Source of the DNA: an uncultured Verrucomicrobiales bacterium
GTDB lineage: Bacteria; Verrucomicrobiota; Verrucomicrobiia; Verrucomicrobiales; DEV007
Assembly (NCBI GenBank): GCA_963975655.1
Contig: CAXBHX010000012.1
Coordinates: 25,875 to 89,874 of the forward strand
Direction of reading: 5' to 3'
DNA: 64,000 nucleotides
Under the pieces are notes generated by a model. That model worked only from the letters and a program-made list of their open reading frames with translations, was not told the DNA's origin and made no database searches. Made by a program: the position numbers and the translations under genes. This document shows positions 43,962-53,196 of the stretch, piece after piece (position 1 is the stretch's first letter; the number at the start of each line of letters is the position of its first letter).

Positions 43962-45173
43962 TCACGGCTTCGTCGAGCCTTCATTCCAGATAATATGTGT
44001 GCCGCTTTTCCCGGGAACAATGATGTCTTTCCAGCCGTTCTCGTCCAGATCCTGAACTCGGATTTGCAGACCAATGCCGGGGCCTTCGCCAGCGGGAGCG
44101 GTCGAAATGATGTTCTTCTTCCAGCTCTGAGTATCTGGATTCCAGTCATAGGACTGCACGGTGATTTCGTCATGTGCACCGGAATCTCTGCCGGAGTGGC
44201 CGTAGTAGCGCTTCCCGGTAATCAATTCGGGTTGCCCGTCGTTGTCGATATCATCCCAAGCAAGGGCATGCCCCTGAGAGAATTTCTTGTCGATGAGATG
44301 CTGGCGCCAGCTGGTGGTGCCGTCGGACTGGGGCTCAAGCTGTTCGTGCCAGTAGAGGCCGTAGCTGTGACCATCAGACCAGATGAAATCGTTGCGGCCA
44401 TCTTCGTTGAGATCGAGGATGAGGACCGGGCAACTGGCGTGGGGGATGTCAAAATCGTGATGATAAGTCCAGGGGCCGGAATAGGCACCGTCCTTCGGCT
44501 GCTCATACCAACCTGCCTGGAAGATAATGTCTTCGAGTCCGTCGCCGTTGAGGTCTCCGAATCCCATGCCGTGCCCATTGCCGCTCTCGGAAACGATGTG
44601 TTTCTTGGCGGTGACCTTGCCGTCTTCTCCTTTAATCAAGCGAATGATCTGGGTGGGATTGTTATTGTTCCAAGAGTTTTCGATGAACTCGGGTTGGCCG
44701 TCCTTGTCAATGTCGTGGAGAAAGGTGGCTTCGTTGTGGGCGGTTTCCGTGTCGAGCAATTGATGCACGGCCCAACCTTCGATGTCATCATAGTTTCCAG
44801 CGCCGGGATTTTCATACCAGTTAACGATGGGGAGCGTGAAAGCGCCGGCAAGGACGTCGAGGTCTCCGTCGCCATCCATGTCGAGGAGGTGCTCCGAGTT
44901 ATTTTGAAGGTAGTCGTCACCGAAAGGTAGGATTTTTCGGACAGGTCGCTGCTTAAAGTCGGGGGCCTGGTACCAATATTCTCCAGCGGTGACGTCGAGT
45001 TTGCCATCACCGTCGATGTCTCCGACAGCAATGCCCTCGTTGTTATCACGATGGAGTTGTTGCACTCGCCAAGTCTGTTTGGGCGCGGGCTTGCCTTTGC
45101 CTTTCTGCTGGGCGGTTAGGGTCGCTGCTGCAACAGCGATGGTAAGCGTGGGGATGAGGTATGAGAGTTTCAT
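43962..45173 (-). CDS. FG-GAP/VCBS repeat protein
   Basis: 403 aa with a signal peptide and repeated loops GDIDGDGKLDV, DMDGDGDLDV, DIDKDGQPEF, DLNGDGLEDI, DLNEDGRNDF, DIDNDGQPEL and DLDENGWKDI. Confidence 0.8.
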   Translation of the reverse strand: MKLSYLIPTLTIAVAAATLTAQQKGKGKPAPKQTWRVQQLHRDNNEGIAVGDIDGDGKLDVTAGEYWYQAPDFKQRPVRKILPFGDDYLQNNSEHLLDMDGDGDLDVLAGAFTLPIVNWYENPGAGNYDDIEGWAVHQLLDTETAHNEATFLHDIDKDGQPEFIENSWNNNNPTQIIRLIKGEDGKVTAKKHIVSESGNGHGMGFGDLNGDGLEDIIFQAGWYEQPKDGAYSGPWTYHHDFDIPHASCPVLILDLNEDGRNDFIWSDGHSYGLYWHEQLEPQSDGTTSWRQHLIDKKFSQGHALAWDDIDNDGQPELITGKRYYGHSGRDSGAHDEITVQSYDWNPDTQSWKKNIISTAPAGEGPGIGLQIRVQDLDENGWKDIIVPGKSGTHIIWNEGSTKP

Positions 45174-45191
45174 GCTAGGGGTAGTGAGTGA

Positions 45192-48100
45192 TTAAAAGTC
45201 TTTGAGTTCAAGCGGTTGAACTTTGCTGGCGTCGTCGAGCAGTTCCAGAGAGACACCATCGAGGCCATTGTTCTTTAGCCCAGCCAGGCTGAGTTTCTGT
45301 CGGCCAGGCGCTTCGATGGTCAGCGTGATTTCGGCGTCGGAAGCTCCTTTGGGGAGCTGTATTTCCTTCTCCCCATGGAATAAAACCAGATCGTCGAGTC
45401 GGCCTGAGATTCTGAGGCGGAGTTCGCCAGCCTCAGTGGCGTCAATGAAGGTTCTTGCTGCGGTATGGCGATTGGCCCCGCGTCCTTTCAAGTCAGGTGC
45501 TTCGGTGAATGGCAGGTCGCCCACTACTCGTGAGATGATAGGCGTCCACACGTAGGTCTTGAAGTCTTCTGCGAAAATGACGTTTCCGTAGTGACCAATG
45601 GCATCGCGAATTCGATCGTGAGGCTGGAGAAACTGCCAGCTACGTATGAAACGGTTGGAAGGCGTTTTAAAGTCGCCCTCTTTGCCGAGTTCGGAGAGGA
45701 ATCGAACCAGATCGACAAATTCATCTTCGCGCAGTTGGGCCGTCAGGCCGGGTGGCATGAGTGATACCGGGCTGATGAAGTTGCTGGCAACCTCGCTTTT
45801 GGGAATGCGGTTTTCATTGCCAGCAGCGTCACGAACGACGATTTCGTTAGAATCCTCCCGAGCGATGGCACCAGCGAAGGAGGTGCCGTCCTTCATCGTC
45901 ACGAGGGTGGTGTGGTATCCCTCCTTAATTTTGACACTGGGCTGGAGTAACGAGTCGACAAGGTAGTCAACCGGAGCGCTGGAGCCGATACTGACGAGAT
46001 CGGGTCCGATAATACCGCCAGCGCCACCGATGGCGTGGCATACAACACATTGAAGCATCGCTCGCCGATAGATGGATTCTCCGCTGTGGGGATCGCCTTC
46101 GTTGGCGACTCTCTGCATCATGGCCTCCATCTCTTCCGTGGTCAGGGCCATTTTCATGGGCTTGATCTCTCCCGCTTTCTGGAGGGCATTGATAACGCCC
46201 TGGGGGCGAGTTGCCGCGCTACTTGCCTTCTGAACTCCTGTCAGGGCGATAGGCTGAGGCAGGGTGGTTTTGGACAGCGCCTTCGCGAAGGCGGGAATGG
46301 CAGCGCGATTGGAGAGGATTGTGTTGTAGATGCCATGAGGATCATTGCCGTCGGGCGAATCTTTCAACACGAGCAAGGCCAGGTTGGCGCCGGTTTCAGG
46401 GCTGATACGGATGCGCCCGATCACCGCGAGAGAGCGAAGCTGATAAGATCGAGCGGTATCGCGGATGACCTTGTCGAAGAAGGGACCGGCCGCTTTATCC
46501 TTTAGGGAGACGAGGCCGTCGAGAGCGGCTTGGCCTTTCTCTTTACTTGATTCGATTTGGAGAAAGGTCTCTTCAAGGAGCTTCTTCGCAGTGGGGGTAT
46601 TCCATTGTCCCGACAGAAGCGCGGCGCTGGAAAAGACGGCGGTATTGTCAGATTGTAAGAACTGACTGATACGATTCTTGTCGCCGGCTGGCTGGAGCTT
46701 TCGCAGTTTGCCCGCATTTGCGAGGGCTACGAGAACGTGATGTTGGTGGGTGACGGGAGTGGCGGGGGCGAGAGCATATTCGAAGAGGGCATTTAGATCC
46801 TCGGATGATCCAGTTTTCGAGATGAAGTCCGCGACTTGAGAGAAGGCTTCGTTAGATTGGAATTTACCGGCTTGAAGCGCATTCAAAATCACTGGGAGTC
46901 CGACCGGTTCGTTGACGGCCCTGGCTGCAAAAAGGAGCTGGGACACTGAGTCGAAGGGATTGCCATCCTGGGTCAGAGACTTCCAGCGAGCGGCGTGCTC
47001 GCGGCAAATCGACCAGACCGCGAAATCGAGGAATTCGTCGACTTCGATTCCATCCAGAGCGCGCAGGGCCACTTTGACGGTGTCTGGATGATCCAATTGA
47101 CTCAGAACGCTCACGGCCCAAAGTCGGACCTGTGGATGAGGATCGGAAACGGCCTTAGAAGCGATCTCCATGGCATCTGGATTGGTCGCTGCGGTGTAGT
47201 AGATAGAGCGAAGTGCACCCGCCCTTGCTTTGGGATTGGGGGATTCCGCCAATTGAGCCGCTTGTGCCAAATCGAGGCGGTTGAGAGACTGGGTGCCCCA
47301 GAGTCGACGAAGCTTGGCGAGTTCGGGATCGACATTCTCTGGCTGAGCGGCGCTGCTGAGGGCCGCTAACATGGCCTCAGGTTCACGGCTGCGCATTTCA
47401 ACCATGGCTTGCTGACGGGTCCAGCCTTCCGAAGAATTGAGGGCTGCGATCAGTTCTGGATCGCTGGCGGCGGGTAGGTTGGGGCGTTCCACCAGGTCCC
47501 GGCCGTCGAAGCTAATCCGCCAGATGCGGCCGTGTTTGTGATCGCGTCGAGAATCGCGGAAATCCACTTCACCATGCTGAATAATAGGGTTGTACCAATC
47601 CGCAATGTAGAGCGCACCGTCGGGTCCCATCTTGATGTCGATGGGACGAAAGGCCCGGTGTTTCGATGAGACGAGGTCGGCGATCTGGGTTGAGGTGTAG
47701 GCACTGCCGTCGTCGGTCAGTTTGAAGAGATTGATACGACTGCCACGGAAGTCGGGCGCTGCGAGGACCCCTTGGAGTTCATCTGGAACGTGTTGGCCTG
47801 TCAGGACCTCGAGACCGCAGTGTTTCGGTTGGCCTGGGTTGAGGCCAGGGAGGATCCGGGCCGCTTTCGGAGAGGCCGCAAACACCGAGCGAGGAAAGAC
47901 AAAGTTGATGCCGTTGCTTCCGGCACCGTCGGTGAGGAAACTCTGACCCCAATCGTCAAAGGCGTGGCCCCAGGGATTGACGAGACCTTTCATGAAGACC
48001 TCAGCTCGTTGGGTTTCGGGACGGAAATGCCACATGCCGCCACCGAGGAGACGTCGGATTCCATAAGGCGTCTCGAGATGGGTGTGAATGTAGATAGACT

Positions 48101-48656
48101 GGTTTATCCAAACCATTCCCTCTGGTCCCAATCGGAAAGTGTGGACGAGGTGATGGGTGTCCTCAGTGCCGAATCCTGACAGGACGACTTCACGCTCATC
48201 GGCGACGTCGTCACCGTCGGTATCACGTAGAAAGAGAACCTCAATGGCATTGGCAACGTAGGCGCCACCATCGACGGGGAGGATGGCAGTGGGAATGTGG
48301 AGATTGTCGGCGAAGACGGTTTCCTTTTCGGCGACGCCATCACCATCGACGTCCTCAAGGATAACAATTTTGTCAGTCTCGGCTTCACCTGGCTGGATCA
48401 TGGGGTAAAGCGGGCTGCTGACGACCCAGAGGCGTCCTCGCTTATCCCAGTTCATGTGTACTGGGTTTCCGACGGCCGGTTCGTGGGCGAAGAGGTTGAT
48501 GGATGCCCCCTCGATCACCGAGAACGCTTCGAGTTGGGCCTCAAATGCGGTGTCGGGAATATCCTGTAGTCCATTCTGGGCTTCAGAAAAGGGTACTGTG
48601 AACACGGCCCCCATGATGGCGAGGCAGTAGGTGAGCGGAAGTAGGTCGCGATTCAT
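45192..48656 (-). CDS. PVC-type heme-binding protein (membrane-bound-dehydrogenase-like propeller, HEAT repeats, cytochrome c domain)
   Basis: 1154 aa with a signal peptide. The N-terminus is propeller-like (GRLWVVSSPLYP..., ALYIADWYNPIIQHGEVDFRD), the middle is HEAT-like (HPQVRLWAVSVL), and the heme motif sits in MLQCVVCHAIGGAGGIIGPDL. This is the architecture known from Planctomycetes and Verrucomicrobia. Confidence 0.88.
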   Translation of the reverse strand: MNRDLLPLTYCLAIMGAVFTVPFSEAQNGLQDIPDTAFEAQLEAFSVIEGASINLFAHEPAVGNPVHMNWDKRGRLWVVSSPLYPMIQPGEAETDKIVILEDVDGDGVAEKETVFADNLHIPTAILPVDGGAYVANAIEVLFLRDTDGDDVADEREVVLSGFGTEDTHHLVHTFRLGPEGMVWINQSIYIHTHLETPYGIRRLLGGGMWHFRPETQRAEVFMKGLVNPWGHAFDDWGQSFLTDGAGSNGINFVFPRSVFAASPKAARILPGLNPGQPKHCGLEVLTGQHVPDELQGVLAAPDFRGSRINLFKLTDDGSAYTSTQIADLVSSKHRAFRPIDIKMGPDGALYIADWYNPIIQHGEVDFRDSRRDHKHGRIWRISFDGRDLVERPNLPAASDPELIAALNSSEGWTRQQAMVEMRSREPEAMLAALSSAAQPENVDPELAKLRRLWGTQSLNRLDLAQAAQLAESPNPKARAGALRSIYYTAATNPDAMEIASKAVSDPHPQVRLWAVSVLSQLDHPDTVKVALRALDGIEVDEFLDFAVWSICREHAARWKSLTQDGNPFDSVSQLLFAARAVNEPVGLPVILNALQAGKFQSNEAFSQVADFISKTGSSEDLNALFEYALAPATPVTHQHHVLVALANAGKLRKLQPAGDKNRISQFLQSDNTAVFSSAALLSGQWNTPTAKKLLEETFLQIESSKEKGQAALDGLVSLKDKAAGPFFDKVIRDTARSYQLRSLAVIGRIRISPETGANLALLVLKDSPDGNDPHGIYNTILSNRAAIPAFAKALSKTTLPQPIALTGVQKASSAATRPQGVINALQKAGEIKPMKMALTTEEMEAMMQRVANEGDPHSGESIYRRAMLQCVVCHAIGGAGGIIGPDLVSIGSSAPVDYLVDSLLQPSVKIKEGYHTTLVTMKDGTSFAGAIAREDSNEIVVRDAAGNENRIPKSEVASNFISPVSLMPPGLTAQLREDEFVDLVRFLSELGKEGDFKTPSNRFIRSWQFLQPHDRIRDAIGHYGNVIFAEDFKTYVWTPIISRVVGDLPFTEAPDLKGRGANRHTAARTFIDATEAGELRLRISGRLDDLVLFHGEKEIQLPKGASDAEITLTIEAPGRQKLSLAGLKNNGLDGVSLELLDDASKVQPLELKDF

Positions 48657-48688
48657 CGATTAAATCTATATTGCGTTGAGAGCGGGTT

Positions 48689-49705
48689 TCAGTTTTTGGG
48701 CTGTCCAGTGAGAACCTGCCGGCGCGCTTGAGCGATCAGTTGTTCCTCTTCAGCAATGATGGGATCATACATGGGAATCTCTTTGGCATTCTGCCCTTGC
48801 TCATGAGCCCGAAAGAGGAACAGATAAGTTTCATTGGTAGGACGCCAGCGGTTGAAAAATAGACGGTTTTTCTCAATGATGTGCTTTCGAAATTCTGCCA
48901 GCGAAGAGTCATCTTCATCGGCTACCACTGGGCCGGCGTAGCCGAGGCCTTTCACGATTTCTCTCGATAGGACGCGATAACCGGCCTCGGTGTAGTGCAA
49001 TCCATTGTTGGTGAGCGGGTTGCTTGTAGCTGATCCATCAAACTCATCGCCGCCGAGGGCATGAAAAAGATCGATGAAGCGACCGTTGTTGCGCTCCGCC
49101 AAATCGCGAATGGCATCACGAAAGATGCCTATGCGCCGATTGTTCTCAGTCTGGTCAGGAAGAGCCCCGCCGTGGTTTTCAAGGGGCGGCGGCGCGATGA
49201 ATATTTTCTCGCGAAGGCCTTCACCTGCCGACTCGCTAACTCGATTGATGAGATGCTGATAACCATTGATGAAAGTTTGCAGGCTGGTCTCCAATCCGTC
49301 TGCTGAGCGTCCTTCAGTGGCCGTTTCATTCGTCCAACCTTGATCAACAGACATCGCCTCTCCGGCTCCGTAGCAAAAGAGCACCACAGTCGGCTTAATC
49401 TCACTAATATTCTTGCTGAGTCGGTCCCGTCCTTCTTCCGGCGTGCCGAAGTAGGCACGGGAGTCTCCGAAGACTGAGTCCCCGCTCCATCCCAGGTTGC
49501 GAAAAACCACGTTCTGGACATCAGGTCCTGCCGCTAAATGGAGGGAGGACTCGAGGTGACCGTATAAGCGGGCTCGTTCGACCAATGTGCTTCCGATCAG
49601 AGCGACGCGATCGTTTGATCGAATCACCGAATCGGAGTTTTCTGCGAAGGTGACTGTGCACAACAGTGTCAGCGAGAGAAGATTGATGAGGACGGGGAAT
49701 TTCAT
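48689..49705 (-). CDS. SGNH/GDSL-family hydrolase
   Basis: 338 aa with a signal peptide. Block I is RVALIGSTL (degenerate GDS), then GWSGDS, GAGEA and a C-terminal region typical of the SGNH proteins that accompany PVC heme-binding giants. Confidence 0.7.
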   Translation of the reverse strand: MKFPVLINLLSLTLLCTVTFAENSDSVIRSNDRVALIGSTLVERARLYGHLESSLHLAAGPDVQNVVFRNLGWSGDSVFGDSRAYFGTPEEGRDRLSKNISEIKPTVVLFCYGAGEAMSVDQGWTNETATEGRSADGLETSLQTFINGYQHLINRVSESAGEGLREKIFIAPPPLENHGGALPDQTENNRRIGIFRDAIRDLAERNNGRFIDLFHALGGDEFDGSATSNPLTNNGLHYTEAGYRVLSREIVKGLGYAGPVVADEDDSSLAEFRKHIIEKNRLFFNRWRPTNETYLFLFRAHEQGQNAKEIPMYDPIIAEEEQLIAQARRQVLTGQPKN

Positions 49706-49893
49706 CGAAAACTAAGGTAGCAAGAAAGGGCCTGAGGCCAACCGATGTATCTCACTTAAATACGTGAGAAGTGTGTCGCGAGGGGACACGGTTGTATCCT
49801 CTGAGCGAATCCCACGCCAGAAGTTTGTACCCAAATGCGCGTGACTCGGCGTAATTCTGACCGTTTCAGCTCAGAGTTGGATCACTCGTATTC

Positions 49894-50355
49894 TCAGTCT
49901 TTTTCGTATTCCTTGAGGAACCCAATAAACTCGCGGCGGTGCTCCTCTTCGCCTGCGAGAAGACCGATCGCCATGTCTTGAGTTACGTAGTCAATGCTGT
50001 CAGCGGCCCGGATGATTTTGTTGTACTGAGCAATGGCCCCATTTTCCGCGTCGATCACGCCTTTGATGACTCCGACAATGTCAGTGGTGTCAGCCAGGGG
50101 CTGGAGAGAAGTCTGCTCTCGCTTCAGGTCGAAGCTACCCGGAACTGCACCGCCAATCGTCTTGATTCGGTTGGCAAGTGTTTGAGCATGTCCTAATTCC
50201 TCTGCGATATCTGCTGCGAGCGCCTTTTTGATCACGTCAGAGCGGACTCCGTCAAGATTAACGGATGCGGCGATATAGTTTTGAACGGTCTCGAGCTCCA
50301 TTGCGTAGGCGACTTTGAGATGGTCAATAATTTCCTGGTTTGGTTGTTCGGTCAT
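49894..50355 (-). CDS. ferritin-like four-helix-bundle protein (bacterioferritin/Dps-like)
   Basis: 153 aa. AMELETVQNY, AEELGHAQ, AENGAIAQY and GEEEHRREF form an E/ExxH/E/ExxH-type ligand pattern. Confidence 0.8.
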   Translation of the reverse strand: MTEQPNQEIIDHLKVAYAMELETVQNYIAASVNLDGVRSDVIKKALAADIAEELGHAQTLANRIKTIGGAVPGSFDLKREQTSLQPLADTTDIVGVIKGVIDAENGAIAQYNKIIRAADSIDYVTQDMAIGLLAGEEEHRREFIGFLKEYEKD

Positions 50356-50472
50356 AGTAGCTGTTGGGACGTCGTTCCCTGCATTTCATTACGACGGAGC
50401 GGCGTATTTCGATGCCTATACCTCCGTAAAGTCCCTCCTTGTTTCAGGGCGGGGTTCGTATAGTTTTGGCGG

Positions 50473-50982
50473 GTGACTATGGGAGCAATTGAACTGCGAT
50501 GGGGACTGATCATTGGAGGCGCCAATTTGGGCTGGCTCTACGGGTCCTATTATATGGGGATGCAGACGAGCGGGCTGGGCATGATTCAAATCATGACTTT
50601 GGTTAGTGTCGTCATATCGATCATTGGATACGTGTGTGCACTTCGGGCTATCGTAAAAGCAGAGCCCGAAATCACTTGCCTTGAGGGGGTGAAGTCGGGA
50701 GCTATTGTCGTGGGCGTCGTTACCGTGGTCGCAGTTCTGGCCCAAGTTGGATACCACAAACTGGTCTTTCCCGGTTTTACCAAATATATGGTCGGAGAGA
50801 CCGAGATCTTTTACCGGAACAATGGTCTTCCCGCTGAGCAGGTAATCGAAATGGCAGAAGGCGCCGGAAAGACTTTTGGACTAGCCTCGTATGCGATGCA
50901 GTCAGCTCTGGGGGCGCTGATCATTGGAATGATCACAGTGACCATCGTGATGGCGATACTGAGGCGGAGACGATATCCATGA
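50473..50982 (+). CDS. small multi-TM membrane protein, DUF4199-like
   Basis: 169 aa with 4-5 hydrophobic helices and a soluble insert (FTKYMVGETEIFYRNNGLPAEQVIEMAEG), as in DUF4199. Its stop overlaps the next gene's start (ATGA at 50979-50982). Confidence 0.45.
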   Translation: MTMGAIELRWGLIIGGANLGWLYGSYYMGMQTSGLGMIQIMTLVSVVISIIGYVCALRAIVKAEPEITCLEGVKSGAIVVGVVTVVAVLAQVGYHKLVFPGFTKYMVGETEIFYRNNGLPAEQVIEMAEGAGKTFGLASYAMQSALGALIIGMITVTIVMAILRRRRYP

Positions 50983-51545
50983 AGCGCTACAGAAAAAGAG
51001 TGATAGCAGCCGCTGCGGGATTGCTCATCCTGCCGGCAGCGGGATGGTGGTTGATGTTGACCTTAGGGTTCGTGAGCGCGCCCGGCGAAAAACTGGCACC
51101 GCCCTTCAATATGTCGGACCGAATTGTGACTATTGACGTCACCAAGGGCGATGATGGCGAGTTCAAAGCCCATTTTGACGGATGGAAAGAAGGGGATCCT
51201 CAGCTAAGTGGTGAAGAGTTTTTTGGCGAGATCCATCGAAGGACACGCAATTTGCCTCGCATCTACAAATGGCTCGATGTGACATCACTTGCCGGCGTGT
51301 TGTGGGTCTTCTTCGGGTTCGCTGGGCAGGCGGTCTTCATGGGGCGGATGGTGGCCCAATGGCAGGCGAGTGAAAAAGCAAAGTCATCCGTCGTTCCTCC
51401 CGTATTCTGGTGGCTCAGTTTGCTGGGTTCATCCATGCTGATGGTCTACTTCATCTGGAGAAAAGAGATCGTCGGTTTTCTTGGCCAGAGTACCGGATGG
51501 TTCATCTACATCAGAAACTTGTGGTTCATCTACGGGAAGAAATAG
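50979..51545 (+). CDS. lipid-A-disaccharide-synthase N-terminal (LAB_N) domain membrane protein
   Basis: The C-terminal half, FGFAGQAVFMGRMVAQWQASEKAKSSVVPPVFWWLSLLGSSMLMVYFIWRKEIVGFLGQ, matches the LAB_N three-helix module. The N-terminus is a TM anchor plus about 70 soluble residues. Confidence 0.7.
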   Translation: MKRYRKRVIAAAAGLLILPAAGWWLMLTLGFVSAPGEKLAPPFNMSDRIVTIDVTKGDDGEFKAHFDGWKEGDPQLSGEEFFGEIHRRTRNLPRIYKWLDVTSLAGVLWVFFGFAGQAVFMGRMVAQWQASEKAKSSVVPPVFWWLSLLGSSMLMVYFIWRKEIVGFLGQSTGWFIYIRNLWFIYGKK

Positions 51546-51560
51546 GGAGGTGAGTTCATC

Positions 51561-53111
51561 ATGCCAAATGGTTCTTCCATTGAGAGAATGAAAAAAAGCC
51601 ATTTAGGATGGATGCTACTTTTCCTCATTCTGTGCATTTCGAGTTATCTTCAGGCACAAAATGAACTCTGGGGGATCGATGGTTCTGAATGGACACCTAC
51701 GTCTCCAATTCCCGATTTTTCTTTTGCGGGTTATCACCAGGGGGAAATCGAGATCCCCAACCGGAAAGTGGAAGTGTCAGTCGTCGACTTCGGAGCGGTG
51801 GGTGATGGGAAAACGGATTGTTCGGCTGCATTTGCCAAAGCGATTAATGAATCAGGAGGGCGCGTTATCGGCGTTCCCCCGGGGATTTACATCCTTTCTG
51901 ACCGGATTCGCATAGAAGCTGAAAACACAATTTTGAAAGGCGCAGGAGTTGGCGAAACGATCCTACATTTCGAGAAAGGTCTTCAGGAGGTTGATCCCAC
52001 CACGAGCACTACCGGCGGAGGAGTTCAGACGAATAGTTGGTCCTGGTCGGGTGGGATTATCACGATCGGCACTGCTGTTGGCGATGCCTCTCCGAAAACG
52101 CCTATTGTGAAACCTGCCACGAGAGGGCAGCGAACTCTTTCAGTTCAAGGTCAGGGAGATCTGAATACGGAGGATGTTTTTATCGTTCAATTGATTGACG
52201 ATACCCAGAGTTCACTTTTCAAATATCTTTACCGAGGACGGGCGGGGGATATATCGCTCATGAAGGGGAAGCGTTTCAAGGTTTCTCAACCGATCAAGAT
52301 TGAGAAGATTGATGGAACCAAAATTCACCTGAATCGTCCCCTTCGATTCGACGTTGAGCAGAGATGGAAGCCGGTTCTTCTACGGAAGAAGATTGCCGCT
52401 CAGGAAATTGGGATATGCGATCTTACAATCCGGTTTCCAAAGCGAAAATATCGTGGGCATTGGATGGAGGACGGAATGAACGGATTGCAGATTCAGGGCA
52501 TTAACAATTGGGCGAAAAACATTCGAATTCAAAACTGTGACTCGGGGGTTTTTGTGAAAGGCTTATGGAACACGGTGGACGGTCTGATTATCGAAAGTAA
52601 GCGCGATGAGCACAGCAGCGGTAATTCAGGGCATCATGGTATCTCGCTTCAGGGAAGTGACTGTTTGATCTCCAACTTCAAGATACGAACAAAGTTCTAT
52701 CATGATGTCACCGTTTCGAGCAGTTCGGTGGGAAACGTTTTCTCGCAAGGTGAGGGCATTGATTTGTGTATCGATCACCATAGGGCGGCGCCCTACGAGA
52801 ACCTATTCACACAGATCCATGTGGGAAAAGGTAGCCGGGTATGGAAGTCGGGTGGATCAGCCGGAAAGGGATTGCACACTGCCTCTGGCGCCACGTTCTG
52901 GAACATTGATTCAGAAGAGCCGTTCAGTCTTCCTCCGGAGGACTTTGGTCCTGGTGGATTGATCTTCGTGGGGCTCAATACGCGGAGTATCGATCGTTCA
53001 GAGATTCCCGAAGGCTGGCATTTTGACGATATCAAGCCGGGCAGTGTCCAGCCTGCAAATCTGTATCGGGACCAACTGAAGCATCGGATAAATACCTTAC
53101 CGAAGCCTTAG
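51561..53111 (+). CDS. right-handed beta-helix protein (pectate-lyase-superfamily / GH28-GH55-related)
   Basis: Signal peptide. VVDFGAVGDGKTDCSAAFAKAINESGGRVIGVPPGIYILS is the characteristic N-terminal cap of Pectate_lyase_3-type proteins, and beta-helix-like repeats follow. Confidence 0.65.
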   Translation: MPNGSSIERMKKSHLGWMLLFLILCISSYLQAQNELWGIDGSEWTPTSPIPDFSFAGYHQGEIEIPNRKVEVSVVDFGAVGDGKTDCSAAFAKAINESGGRVIGVPPGIYILSDRIRIEAENTILKGAGVGETILHFEKGLQEVDPTTSTTGGGVQTNSWSWSGGIITIGTAVGDASPKTPIVKPATRGQRTLSVQGQGDLNTEDVFIVQLIDDTQSSLFKYLYRGRAGDISLMKGKRFKVSQPIKIEKIDGTKIHLNRPLRFDVEQRWKPVLLRKKIAAQEIGICDLTIRFPKRKYRGHWMEDGMNGLQIQGINNWAKNIRIQNCDSGVFVKGLWNTVDGLIIESKRDEHSSGNSGHHGISLQGSDCLISNFKIRTKFYHDVTVSSSSVGNVFSQGEGIDLCIDHHRAAPYENLFTQIHVGKGSRVWKSGGSAGKGLHTASGATFWNIDSEEPFSLPPEDFGPGGLIFVGLNTRSIDRSEIPEGWHFDDIKPGSVQPANLYRDQLKHRINTLPKP

Positions 53112-53196
53112 GCGTATCCTTTCCCATATGTCACTAATCATTTTCTGCAGAGTTGACCTGAGGGTTTAATTTTAGGCATCCTCTGAAGTCCCCTAA

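Noticed and set aside
43995-44930. 311-aa plus-strand ORF entirely inside the FG-GAP gene (43962-45173, minus strand).
   Set aside because: Its composition is Val/Ile/Leu/Gly/Ala-rich with no motifs, as expected for the antisense shadow of Asp/Gly/Asn-rich FG-GAP repeats. The minus-strand protein has clear repeats and a signal peptide.
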